Assembly (NCBI GenBank): GCA_964465315.1
Contig: CAYXIK010000001.1
Location: forward strand, 67,107 to 131,106
Source of the DNA: an uncultured Gemmatimonadaceae bacterium
GTDB lineage: Bacteria; Gemmatimonadota; Gemmatimonadetes; Gemmatimonadales; GWC2-71-9
Reading direction: 5' to 3'
Length of the DNA stretch: 64,000 nt
Shown in pieces: positions 49,085 through 56,209 of the stretch. A program made the translations under genes and the position numbers. The notes beneath the pieces are model-generated. The model searched no databases. It had not been told where the DNA came from and saw nothing but the letters and a program-made list of their open reading frames with translations. How positions within the stretch are numbered: position 1 is the first letter of the stretch; every line of letters starts with the position of its first letter.

Positions 49085-49633
49085 ATGACCATCTCACTCG
49101 CCGTTCCCGACATCCTCGTTGCGCGGGCGAAGACGGGCGACCTGGAAGCGCTGGAAGCGCTCTACCGGGCGTTCGAGACGCCCGTCTACAGCCTGGCGCT
49201 CCGCATGCTGCGCCAGTCCGAGGACGCGGAGGACGTTCTCCAGGAAACGTTCCTCGAGGTCGTGAAAAGCATCAAGCAGTACCGCGGGGAGGGCCACTTG
49301 TGGGGTTGGGTACGGCAGATCGCCGTGTCGAAGACGCTGATGCGGATCCGTCGCGGCCAGCTGCGCGACACCGAAGAGCTCCACGAGGAGCACACGCCAG
49401 CGCGTGCGGGCCTGGGCCTGGGAGGCGTGCCCGCACGGATCGATCTCGAGCGAGCGTTCGAGCGATTGACGCCCACGTCACGGGCGGTGGTCTGGCTGCA
49501 CGACGTCGAGGGGTACACGCACGAGGAGATCGCGGAGCGGATGGAGCGGACGGTGAGCTTTTCGAAGTCGCAGCTGGCGCGGGCGCACGCCCGGCTTCGC
49601 CGGCTGCTCGCGGAGGAGGGAGCGGCACAATGA
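49085..49633 (+). CDS. ECF-type RNA polymerase sigma factor
   Basis: Track ORF 49031..49633 trimmed to ATG 49085 (start uncertain). Region 2 DAEDVLQETFLEV...WVRQIAVSK and region 4 YTHEEIAERMERTVSFSKSQLARA. Confidence 0.85.
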   Translation: MTISLAVPDILVARAKTGDLEALEALYRAFETPVYSLALRMLRQSEDAEDVLQETFLEVVKSIKQYRGEGHLWGWVRQIAVSKTLMRIRRGQLRDTEELHEEHTPARAGLGLGGVPARIDLERAFERLTPTSRAVVWLHDVEGYTHEEIAERMERTVSFSKSQLARAHARLRRLLAEEGAAQ

Positions 49634-50214
49634 TGCACTGTACGATGGACGACTTGCTGGCGTTACGGGCGGGGGAGGCGTCCGCGTGGGCACGCCAGCA
49701 CGCGGACGCGTGCGCGTCGTGTCGCGCGGAGCTCGAGGCGCTGTATCAACGTGTGGCCCAGCTCAAGGCGCTGCCGGTGCACCGGCCGCCGCGGGACCGC
49801 TGGCCCGCCGTGCGCGATGCGGTGCTGGCGGAGCGGCGCCGCCGCCGTGAGCGCTGGGGCGTGTGGAGCGTGGCTGCGGCGGCGATGGTCGCCGGGCTGC
49901 TCGTGTTCCGTCCGTTCTGGACCGAGCCCGCGGTGGGCGCCGAGTTGGCGCGCGTCAAACAGCAGTCGGCCACGCTCGAGCAGCAGCTGCAGCGCTACGA
50001 GCCCGACGGGCGCGTGACCAGCGGTCGTGAGGCCGCGGTGGCGTCGGCCCTGGAAGATCGTATTGCCGTCATTGACGGCGAGCTGACCCGGATGGGTCGC
50101 CCCGATACGGGGATCGATCCCGCCGAGCTCGTCAACCTGTGGCAGCAGCGGGTGGATCTCATGCAGCAACTGGTGAGCGTCCGGGTGACCCGCGCGACCT
50201 ACGTGGGGCTCTAG
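49630..50214 (+). CDS. Anti-sigma factor (zf-HC2-like, single TM, coiled periplasmic part)
   Basis: ATGA overlap with the sigma gene. HADACASCRAE motif and a TM segment WSVAAAAMVAGLLVF. Confidence 0.7.
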   Translation: MMHCTMDDLLALRAGEASAWARQHADACASCRAELEALYQRVAQLKALPVHRPPRDRWPAVRDAVLAERRRRRERWGVWSVAAAAMVAGLLVFRPFWTEPAVGAELARVKQQSATLEQQLQRYEPDGRVTSGREAAVASALEDRIAVIDGELTRMGRPDTGIDPAELVNLWQQRVDLMQQLVSVRVTRATYVGL

Positions 50215-50234
50215 AGCCCGGAGGGAGATCGGAG

Positions 50235-51149
50235 ATGCAACGGAAGTGGATGGTTATCGCGGCGGCCGCCATCACCGCGTGGCCGATGGTGCTCGCGGCG
50301 CAGCAGACGCCTGCTCCACGGCGGGCGCCCCGCGCCGCGCGAGGCTTCGCGTACGCGATGGGCGAGAATCGCGGTCGCATCGGCGTGATCGTGCGGACCG
50401 ACGCGAGCGCGGAGACGGACAAGCTCGGCGCCAAGATCGAGGCCGTGACCCCAGGCGGCCCGGCGGACAAAGCGGGCCTCAAGGTCGGGGACATCATCAC
50501 GAAATTCAACGGCACGTCGCTCGCCGGGGTTCCTGCCGACGACGATGAAGAGTCGGGGCCGGGGAAAAAGCTGATCGAACTCGCCCATAGGATGGACCCG
50601 GGCGACACGATTCAGATCGAATATCGGCGCGGCACGGATTCGAAAAAGGCGACGCTCGTGGCGGAGAATCTGGGTGCGGGGCGGTTCAGGATCGAGATGG
50701 GAGAACCGGGATTGATGGTCATGCCCTCGATGCCCGACATGCACGAGATGCCCGACATGAACTTCGATTTCTTCGTCTCACCGTGGGGCGATCTAAAGCT
50801 GGTGAGCCTCAACCCGGATCTGGGCGAGTACTTCGGCACCAAGGAGGGGATCCTCGTCGTGAGGGCGCCGGCCGATTCGAGCCTCCCCCTGAAGAGCGGC
50901 GACGTGATCATCTCCATCGGCGGGCGGAAGCCTGCGAGCCCTGAGCACGCGATGCGCATCCTCCGGTCGTACGACAAGGGCGAGACGGTATCTGTCGAGA
51001 TCTTGCGTAAGCAGAAGCGCCTCACGGTGGGCTGGAAGGTGCCCTCGCGCGACGACCGGGTTCGCGTGCGTGAGGAGCGGCACGAGCGTGACGAGCAGAG
51101 CGCGTGGCGGCGCGTGGCGCGACACCGGATCCGCTTACAGCGTGTGTGA
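50235..51149 (+). CDS. Secreted protein with two PDZ domains
   Basis: Trimmed to ATG 50235, downstream of GGAGGGAG. It has a signal peptide and the PDZ motifs GGPADKAGLKVGDIITKFNG and PLKSGDVIISIGG. Confidence 0.75.
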   Translation: MQRKWMVIAAAAITAWPMVLAAQQTPAPRRAPRAARGFAYAMGENRGRIGVIVRTDASAETDKLGAKIEAVTPGGPADKAGLKVGDIITKFNGTSLAGVPADDDEESGPGKKLIELAHRMDPGDTIQIEYRRGTDSKKATLVAENLGAGRFRIEMGEPGLMVMPSMPDMHEMPDMNFDFFVSPWGDLKLVSLNPDLGEYFGTKEGILVVRAPADSSLPLKSGDVIISIGGRKPASPEHAMRILRSYDKGETVSVEILRKQKRLTVGWKVPSRDDRVRVREERHERDEQSAWRRVARHRIRLQRV

Positions 51150-51173
51150 ACTCGCGCGGTATCCGAGCGGACG

Positions 51174-51207
51174 ACGGGGCCACGACCGGGGGCCCCGTTT
51201 TTCTTGT
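51174..51207 (+). terminator. Rho-independent terminator
   Basis: ACGGGGCC - 9-nt loop - GGCCCCGT (perfect 8-bp stem), followed by TTTTTCTTGTT. It lies 25 nt after the PDZ-protein stop. Confidence 0.7.
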
Positions 51208-51216
51208 TGGCGCGTG

Positions 51217-53139
51217 CTAGGACAGACGTCGCGCGGGCAGGACCTGGTCGAAGGCGCTGAACTCGAAGGGCTTGGGCACGCACGGCCGCCCGGTGGAGGC
51301 GAGGAACCCCCGGACGCCGTCGTCCACCAGCTGTCCGGTCGTGAAAATCACACGGTCCGCGTACGACGGATCCCGGGTCTTGAGCTCCCCGAACAGCTGC
51401 TCGCCCGAGAGATCGGGCATCCGCATGTCGATGATCACGGCATCAAAGGCGTCCTCGCGCATCCGTGCCAGCGCTTCCTTCCCGCTGGCGGTCGTTTCCA
51501 CCTCGTGACCCCGACTCGACAGGTAGCGCTGCAGCGCGACCCGGACTGACGCCTCGTCGTCCACGACCAGCACGTGGAGGCGGTCGGTGACCGGCTGCGC
51601 GGCCGGCGTGGTCAGGAACTCGCCCGTGCCGCGGGGCGCCACGATCCCTAGCTCGATCACGAACCGAGCTCCGCCCTGTGGCGCGTTCTCCGCCCAGATG
51701 CGTCCCTCGTGTTCGCGTACGATGCCCAGGGAGATGGACAGCCCGAGTCCCGTGCCCGAGCCCGTCGGTTTCGTCGTGAAGAACGGATTGAAGATCCGCT
51801 CGAGGAGGTTGGGTGGGATGCCCGGCCCCGTGTCTTCCACCTCGATCCGAATCAGCTCCCCCGCCCGGCGCGTGCGCACCGTGAGGCGCTGCTGGTCCCG
51901 CTCCGCGCGCTCCATCGCCTGTTCGGCGTTCGTGATCAGGTTCAGGAACACCTGCTGCAGCTGGTGCGCGTCCGCCATCGTCTCGGGGACCTGCTCGTCG
52001 TAGTCCCGCTGCACGTCGATGCCCCGGACGCGGAGCTCGTACCCACGCAGCTCGAGGGTGTCGTCCAGGACCTGATTGACCGACGTCGGCGTGCGCTCCG
52101 GCTTGTGCTGGCGCGCGAAGGTCAGGAGGTTCTGCACGATGCGGGACGCGCGACGGGCCTCGGCGTAAATCATTTCCGCGGCGGTCCGCTGATCGGGCGG
52201 GAAGCGCTTTTCCGAGAGCAGCAGCTGGGCGAAGGCGGAGATGCCTGCGAGCGGGTTGTTGAGCTCGTGCGCCACGCCCGAAACGAGCTGCCCGATCGCC
52301 GACATCTTCTCGGACTGAATGAGCTGCTCCTGCAGCATCTTCTGGTCGGTGACGTCACGGATGACGCAGAGGACCTCCTCGTCCAGCTGCGGCGTCGAGT
52401 ACGTCACCTGAATCGTCCGGACTTCGCCGTCCTTGCGGTAGAAGTTTGTCTCGAACAGGCCGGTCTCTCCCGCGAGCGCCTTCTGGAAGTGGCCCAGGGC
52501 CTTGGGCAGCTCGTCGTCCGGGAGCATGGGCGCGAACCATTGGCCCAGGAGCTCTTCCCGGCGATAGCCCGAGATGATCTCGGCGGCGTGGTTGAAGGTG
52601 GTAAACCTGCCGTTCGCATCGAACGTCGCGATTGCGTCCGACGCCGACTCGAACAGGTTGCGGTACCGTGCCTCCGACCGCGCGAGGGTGTCCTGCGCCC
52701 GCTTCTGCTCGGTGATGTCGCGCAGCGTGGCGACCGTGCCCAGGAGCTCACCCTCGAGGACGAGCGGCGTCGTGGCCACCGCGACCACGCGCTCCTCCCC
52801 ATCGGCCCGGATCACCTTCGTTTCGTAGTGTTGTGCCTCGCCCCCGACCGCGCGATGCTCCCGCTCGGCCACGTGCTGGCGCTCGCTCAGGGCCACGAGA
52901 TCGTCCGTTGGAGTGCCGGCGAGATCGTCGAGCGGCCGCCCGAACAGCTCCGCCGCCGCCCGGTTGGCCGTCAACACCTGACGGTCGAGGCCCGTCACCA
53001 CCACGGCGTCCGCGAGAGTGGCAACGATCTCCGCGGCCACGCGCAACGGGTCGACGGGCCGGCGTGTAGCGGCCGCCTTGGAAGGGGATGCGGGGGACCG
53101 CATCCCGCGCGTCGGCGATACGCGCCTACCCTTACTCAT
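51217..53139 (-). CDS. Hybrid sensor histidine kinase (2x PAS - HisKA - HATPase_c - receiver)
   Basis: 640 aa with the H-box GVAHELNNPL, N/G boxes (NLITNAEQA, DTGPGIP, GSGTGLGLS), and a C-terminal REC (VLVVDDE...IIDMRMPDLSG...KP). Confidence 0.9.
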   Translation of the reverse strand: MSKGRRVSPTRGMRSPASPSKAAATRRPVDPLRVAAEIVATLADAVVVTGLDRQVLTANRAAAELFGRPLDDLAGTPTDDLVALSERQHVAEREHRAVGGEAQHYETKVIRADGEERVVAVATTPLVLEGELLGTVATLRDITEQKRAQDTLARSEARYRNLFESASDAIATFDANGRFTTFNHAAEIISGYRREELLGQWFAPMLPDDELPKALGHFQKALAGETGLFETNFYRKDGEVRTIQVTYSTPQLDEEVLCVIRDVTDQKMLQEQLIQSEKMSAIGQLVSGVAHELNNPLAGISAFAQLLLSEKRFPPDQRTAAEMIYAEARRASRIVQNLLTFARQHKPERTPTSVNQVLDDTLELRGYELRVRGIDVQRDYDEQVPETMADAHQLQQVFLNLITNAEQAMERAERDQQRLTVRTRRAGELIRIEVEDTGPGIPPNLLERIFNPFFTTKPTGSGTGLGLSISLGIVREHEGRIWAENAPQGGARFVIELGIVAPRGTGEFLTTPAAQPVTDRLHVLVVDDEASVRVALQRYLSSRGHEVETTASGKEALARMREDAFDAVIIDMRMPDLSGEQLFGELKTRDPSYADRVIFTTGQLVDDGVRGFLASTGRPCVPKPFEFSAFDQVLPARRLS

Positions 53140-53810
53140 GAGTCGTACGAAGCCACCATCGCATCCTTCATCAGCGCCAGGCTCTTCAGCGCCGAGTCGG
53201 TCACGCCGTGGGGCGCCTCGCCCCGCTTGACGCAGTTCTTGATGATCTCGAGGGCGTGGATCGGATGCTCATCGTCGTACTTGGCGTGCTCCTCCAGCCA
53301 CCAGCGTCCCCGCGGCCCGATCTTCTCGTTCTTGGCGAGCCCGCGAAGGGCCTTCTCGGAGATCTTTTGCGCCACGCCTTCCACGGCATAATTGGTCGCC
53401 GACACCGCCGCGCCGAAACGGGCGCCGCGGCACATCTCGGTCAGATAAGCATGGAAGGCCTTGACGTCGGGGATCATCGGCTCGGGGACCTGGAACCGCT
53501 CCTTGGGGACGTTAAAGCCGTCGCCCATGGCGCGCCACATCGCATCGTGCCGCTTCTCTACCCGGATGTTGTCTCGGAAGAACGCCTTACCGTCCTCCGG
53601 CGACCGATCGAGCAGCACCTGCAGCCACTGGGGAAAGTCCCTGATGATCGGGTAGAACGCCACGAGGAAGTTTTGGATCCGGCCGTCTGCCAGCTGGTTC
53701 TCCGAGGCGTCCACGATCACCGGAGTGTCGAGGATCGCCTCGCGGCTCGGATCGAGCGCGGCATCCAGGTCGGCCACCCAGGAGGGGTGGGGGGTCACCT
53801 GCACGGTCAT
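53136..53810 (-). CDS. Heme-oxygenase-like fold protein (TenA/PqqC/CADD-type, possible di-iron oxidase)
   Basis: 224 aa, predicted all-helical. FYPIIRDFPQWL, VEKRHDAMW, YAVEGVAQ and LEEHAKYDDEH carboxylate/His pairs. GGAAGGAG RBS. Its ATGA overlaps the kinase start. Confidence 0.6.
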   Translation of the reverse strand: MTVQVTPHPSWVADLDAALDPSREAILDTPVIVDASENQLADGRIQNFLVAFYPIIRDFPQWLQVLLDRSPEDGKAFFRDNIRVEKRHDAMWRAMGDGFNVPKERFQVPEPMIPDVKAFHAYLTEMCRGARFGAAVSATNYAVEGVAQKISEKALRGLAKNEKIGPRGRWWLEEHAKYDDEHPIHALEIIKNCVKRGEAPHGVTDSALKSLALMKDAMVASYDS

Positions 53811-53964
53811 CGGATCTCCTTCCAGGGCGCGAGCTGAGGGATAAAAAAGGGCCTGGCGCGGGCTCCAAATGTAGCGCCGTGGCCCCTCTGCACAATTTCA
53901 TGCGGCCTTGGAAGTTGTGCGACCAGAAACGAACTTGCTGTGAGCGCTATTACGCACGCCTAGC

Positions 53965-53992
53965 TTGACACGATATATCGTGTAGCTATATC
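53965..53992 (+). promoter_or_regulatory. padR promoter (TTGACA - 16 nt - TATATC) with an embedded 16-bp perfect palindrome ACACGATATATCGTGT (53968..53983)
   Basis: Read directly from the sequence. It lies 32 nt upstream of the PadR ATG. RBS GGAGAG at 54012..54017. Confidence 0.6.
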
Positions 53993-54023
53993 TTGACGTT
54001 ACATCGCAATCGGAGAGCAATGT

Positions 54024-54596
54024 ATGACGAGGGAATTCAGTTGGGACCGGTTCGCGTTCGGGTTCGGACCCCGGGGGTTCTTCTGGGCCGGTCCGCGCGG
54101 GCGCCGGCGGCGCTGGTTCGAATCCGGCGACATGAAGTACGTGATCCTCAAGCTGCTTAAGGACAAGCCACGCCACGGCTACGAGGTCATGAAGGAGCTG
54201 CAAGAGCGGCTGCACGGCTGCTACTCACCATCGCCAGGAACCGTTTACCCGACGCTGCAATGGCTGGAAGACGAGGGACTGGTAGTCGCGAAGGATGTCG
54301 AGGGCAAGAAGGTGTACGAGATCACGGACGCCGGACGGCGCTTTCTCGATGAGCACCACGACGTGGTCGACGACATCTTCGACCGTGTGCGTGAGGCCGT
54401 AGACAGCACGCTGGGCGGCAAGATGGCGGACGTGAACCGCTCGCTAGGACGGCTGGTGAAGGCGGTCTATCGCATCGGGTGGCGGTCCCGCGACGAGGCG
54501 ACCCGGGAGGCCCTCGTTGGGATCCTTGACCGGGCTATGAGCGAAGTCGAAGCGCTGGCGGACGCCGCTCGCTCGGCTGGTACGTCGGCCTCATGA
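54024..54596 (+). CDS. PadR-family transcriptional regulator
   Basis: 190 aa with the winged-helix motif LLKDKPRHGYEVMKEL...SPGTVYPTLQWLEDEGLV. Confidence 0.9.
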   Translation: MTREFSWDRFAFGFGPRGFFWAGPRGRRRRWFESGDMKYVILKLLKDKPRHGYEVMKELQERLHGCYSPSPGTVYPTLQWLEDEGLVVAKDVEGKKVYEITDAGRRFLDEHHDVVDDIFDRVREAVDSTLGGKMADVNRSLGRLVKAVYRIGWRSRDEATREALVGILDRAMSEVEALADAARSAGTSAS

Positions 54597-55184
54597 AGAC
54601 GTGGTCAGCTCGGCCTGGTGCTCGATGATCCTGCCCACCAGTCCGTAGCGGCGCGCCTCCTCGGCGGTCAGCCAGAAGTTACGCCGGGTATCCTCCTCGA
54701 TGCGCTCGAGGGGCTGCCCGGTCTCCTGGGCGAACACGCGATTGAGCCGGTCCCGCATCTTGAGGATCTCACGGGCCTCGATCTCGATGTCGCTGGCAGA
54801 GCCGCCCGCGCCGCCCGCGGGCTGGTGCAGCAGGAATCGCGTGTTCGGTAAGCAATAGCGGTCCTCCCTGGGGACCGCGACGTAAATCAGCGCGGCGATA
54901 CTCGCCACCCACCCGGTCCCCACCATGCGCACCCGGGGACTCAAGAATCGCACCAGGTCGTGGATCGTGTCCCCCGCCTCGACGTGCCCGCCTTGGGAGT
55001 TGATAAACACCGTGACGTCGTCGCTCGACTCGCCCGCCAGCGCCAGCAGCTGGGCCGTGACGTTGGCGGCGACCCGCTGTGTGACCTCGCCGCTGATGAT
55101 CACGGTTCGGGCGCGGAACAGCCGCTCGGCGACTAGGTTGTAGGGTGGCGCTAGGGACGGCTCGAGAGGCGTCAACTCTTCCAT
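54591..55184 (-). CDS. clpP: ClpP-family protease subunit paralog (Ser-His-Asn instead of Ser-His-Asp)
   Basis: Trimmed to ATG 55184. It aligns by eye to E. coli ClpP: GWVASIAAL (Ser), RFLLHQPAGG (His), and IEEDTRRNFWLTAEEARRYGLV versus [22 protein letters not shown], which places Asn169 (AAC, 54680..54678) at the catalytic Asp position. Confidence 0.8.
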   Translation of the reverse strand: MEELTPLEPSLAPPYNLVAERLFRARTVIISGEVTQRVAANVTAQLLALAGESSDDVTVFINSQGGHVEAGDTIHDLVRFLSPRVRMVGTGWVASIAALIYVAVPREDRYCLPNTRFLLHQPAGGAGGSASDIEIEAREILKMRDRLNRVFAQETGQPLERIEEDTRRNFWLTAEEARRYGLVGRIIEHQAELTTSS

Positions 55185-55204
55185 GGGGACTCCGCGGTTT
55201 GGTC

Positions 55205-56209
55205 TTACGTTGTAGTGCTCCGGCGGCGCGCGAGTTCCGCGAGCGCCCGCGTGACGTACACCCGCGTCATCTGCTTTCGCCACGATAGATCGAAGTCAGT
55301 GTTGTCCATCGGCTTCGCCGGGCGGTACGCGGCGTCCGCGGCGGCCGCGATCACTTCCGGCGAGAGCGTCTTGCCACGCAGCGCCGCGCCCGCTTCGGGA
55401 ACCTCCTGTGGGTGGCTCGCCACGCCACCGAGCACGATCCGCGCTTCCGCCGCCGTATTCCTCTCCCACCGCAACCACGCCGCGACGCCCAAGACGGGAA
55501 AGTCGAACGAGCCGCGACGCCGCAACTTGTGATATACCGCGTCCCAATCACCCGGCGCGGGGAGCCTTACTTCGGCGAGCACTTCGTCCGGCTGCTTGGT
55601 GAGGTAGTTGATGCCATCGTTGTTGTAGAACCGCGCCGCGGGCACGGCCCGTTCGCCGGCGGGCCCGGCCAGCAGGTATTCAGCTCCGAGCGCGACCATC
55701 ACTGGTGCCAGGTCCGATGACGTCACCGCCCAGCAGCGCGGTGACGACGGCGCGACCCAGCAGATGTGGCCGTCTTTCTTCATGCAGAAATCGATCGCCT
55801 TTCGCCACTCATACGTCTGGTCGTAATAGTTGCAGCGAGTGTCGAGACAGAGATTCCCCCCCAGTGTGCCCATGTTGCGGAGGAGGGGAGTCGAGACGAG
55901 GTCGGCGGCCTGAACAACGGCTGGATAACTTCGACGGAATGACGGAATGACGGAAAGTTCGCTCAGGGTCAAGCAGGCACCCAGTACCGTCCCCATCGTT
56001 CCGTCCTTCCGTCCTTCCGTCGCCTTTAGCTCCCGAATCCCCATGAGCGAGATGACGGTTCTCGGCTCCTGCTGGCGCCGTTTCATGTTCGGATACAAAT
56101 CGGTGCCCCCGGCGACATACGTGCCCTCGGGTCCCGCGTCGGACTTCATGTGCAGCGCTTCACCCAGCGTCGTGGGCCGGAGGTAGCGGAATGACGGAAG
56201 CCTAAGCAT
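55205..56209 (-). CDS. Molybdenum hydroxylase medium (FAD-binding) subunit with an HcrB-type Cys-rich insertion
   Basis: Trimmed to ATG 56209. YVAGGTDL and MGTLGGNL motifs of CoxM/XdhB-like subunits, plus the extra segment C-x15-C-x7-C-x8-C (RCNYYDQTYEWRKAIDFCMKKDGHICWVAPSSPRCW). Confidence 0.85.
   Translation of the reverse strand: MLRLPSFRYLRPTTLGEALHMKSDAGPEGTYVAGGTDLYPNMKRRQQEPRTVISLMGIRELKATEGRKDGTMGTVLGACLTLSELSVIPSFRRSYPAVVQAADLVSTPLLRNMGTLGGNLCLDTRCNYYDQTYEWRKAIDFCMKKDGHICWVAPSSPRCWAVTSSDLAPVMVALGAEYLLAGPAGERAVPAARFYNNDGINYLTKQPDEVLAEVRLPAPGDWDAVYHKLRRRGSFDFPVLGVAAWLRWERNTAAEARIVLGGVASHPQEVPEAGAALRGKTLSPEVIAAAADAAYRPAKPMDNTDFDLSWRKQMTRVYVTRALAELARRRSTTT
55932..56022. repeat. Inverted pair of octamer triplets inside the FAD-subunit CDS
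   Basis: The left arm is CGACGGAATGACGGAATGACGGAA (55932..55955). The right arm is TTCCGTCCTTCCGTCCTTCCGTCG (55999..56022). They are complementary at 22 of 24 positions, with a 43-nt spacer. Confidence 0.85.

Noticed and set aside
51217-53810. The heme-oxygenase-like protein plus kinase considered as a BphO/bacteriophytochrome pair.
   Set aside because: The kinase has two plain PAS domains and lacks a recognisable GAF-PHY photosensory core or a conserved N-terminal chromophore Cys. The upstream protein resembles TenA/PqqC/CADD more than canonical HmuO/BphO heme oxygenases.
53889-53920. The inverted repeat GCACAA-N19-TTGTGC in the padR / heme-oxygenase-like divergent spacer, considered as a terminator or sRNA.
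   Set aside because: The stem is only 6 bp and the loop is large. No gene ends nearby, so a terminator role makes no sense. It could be a regulator site, but the evidence is too weak.
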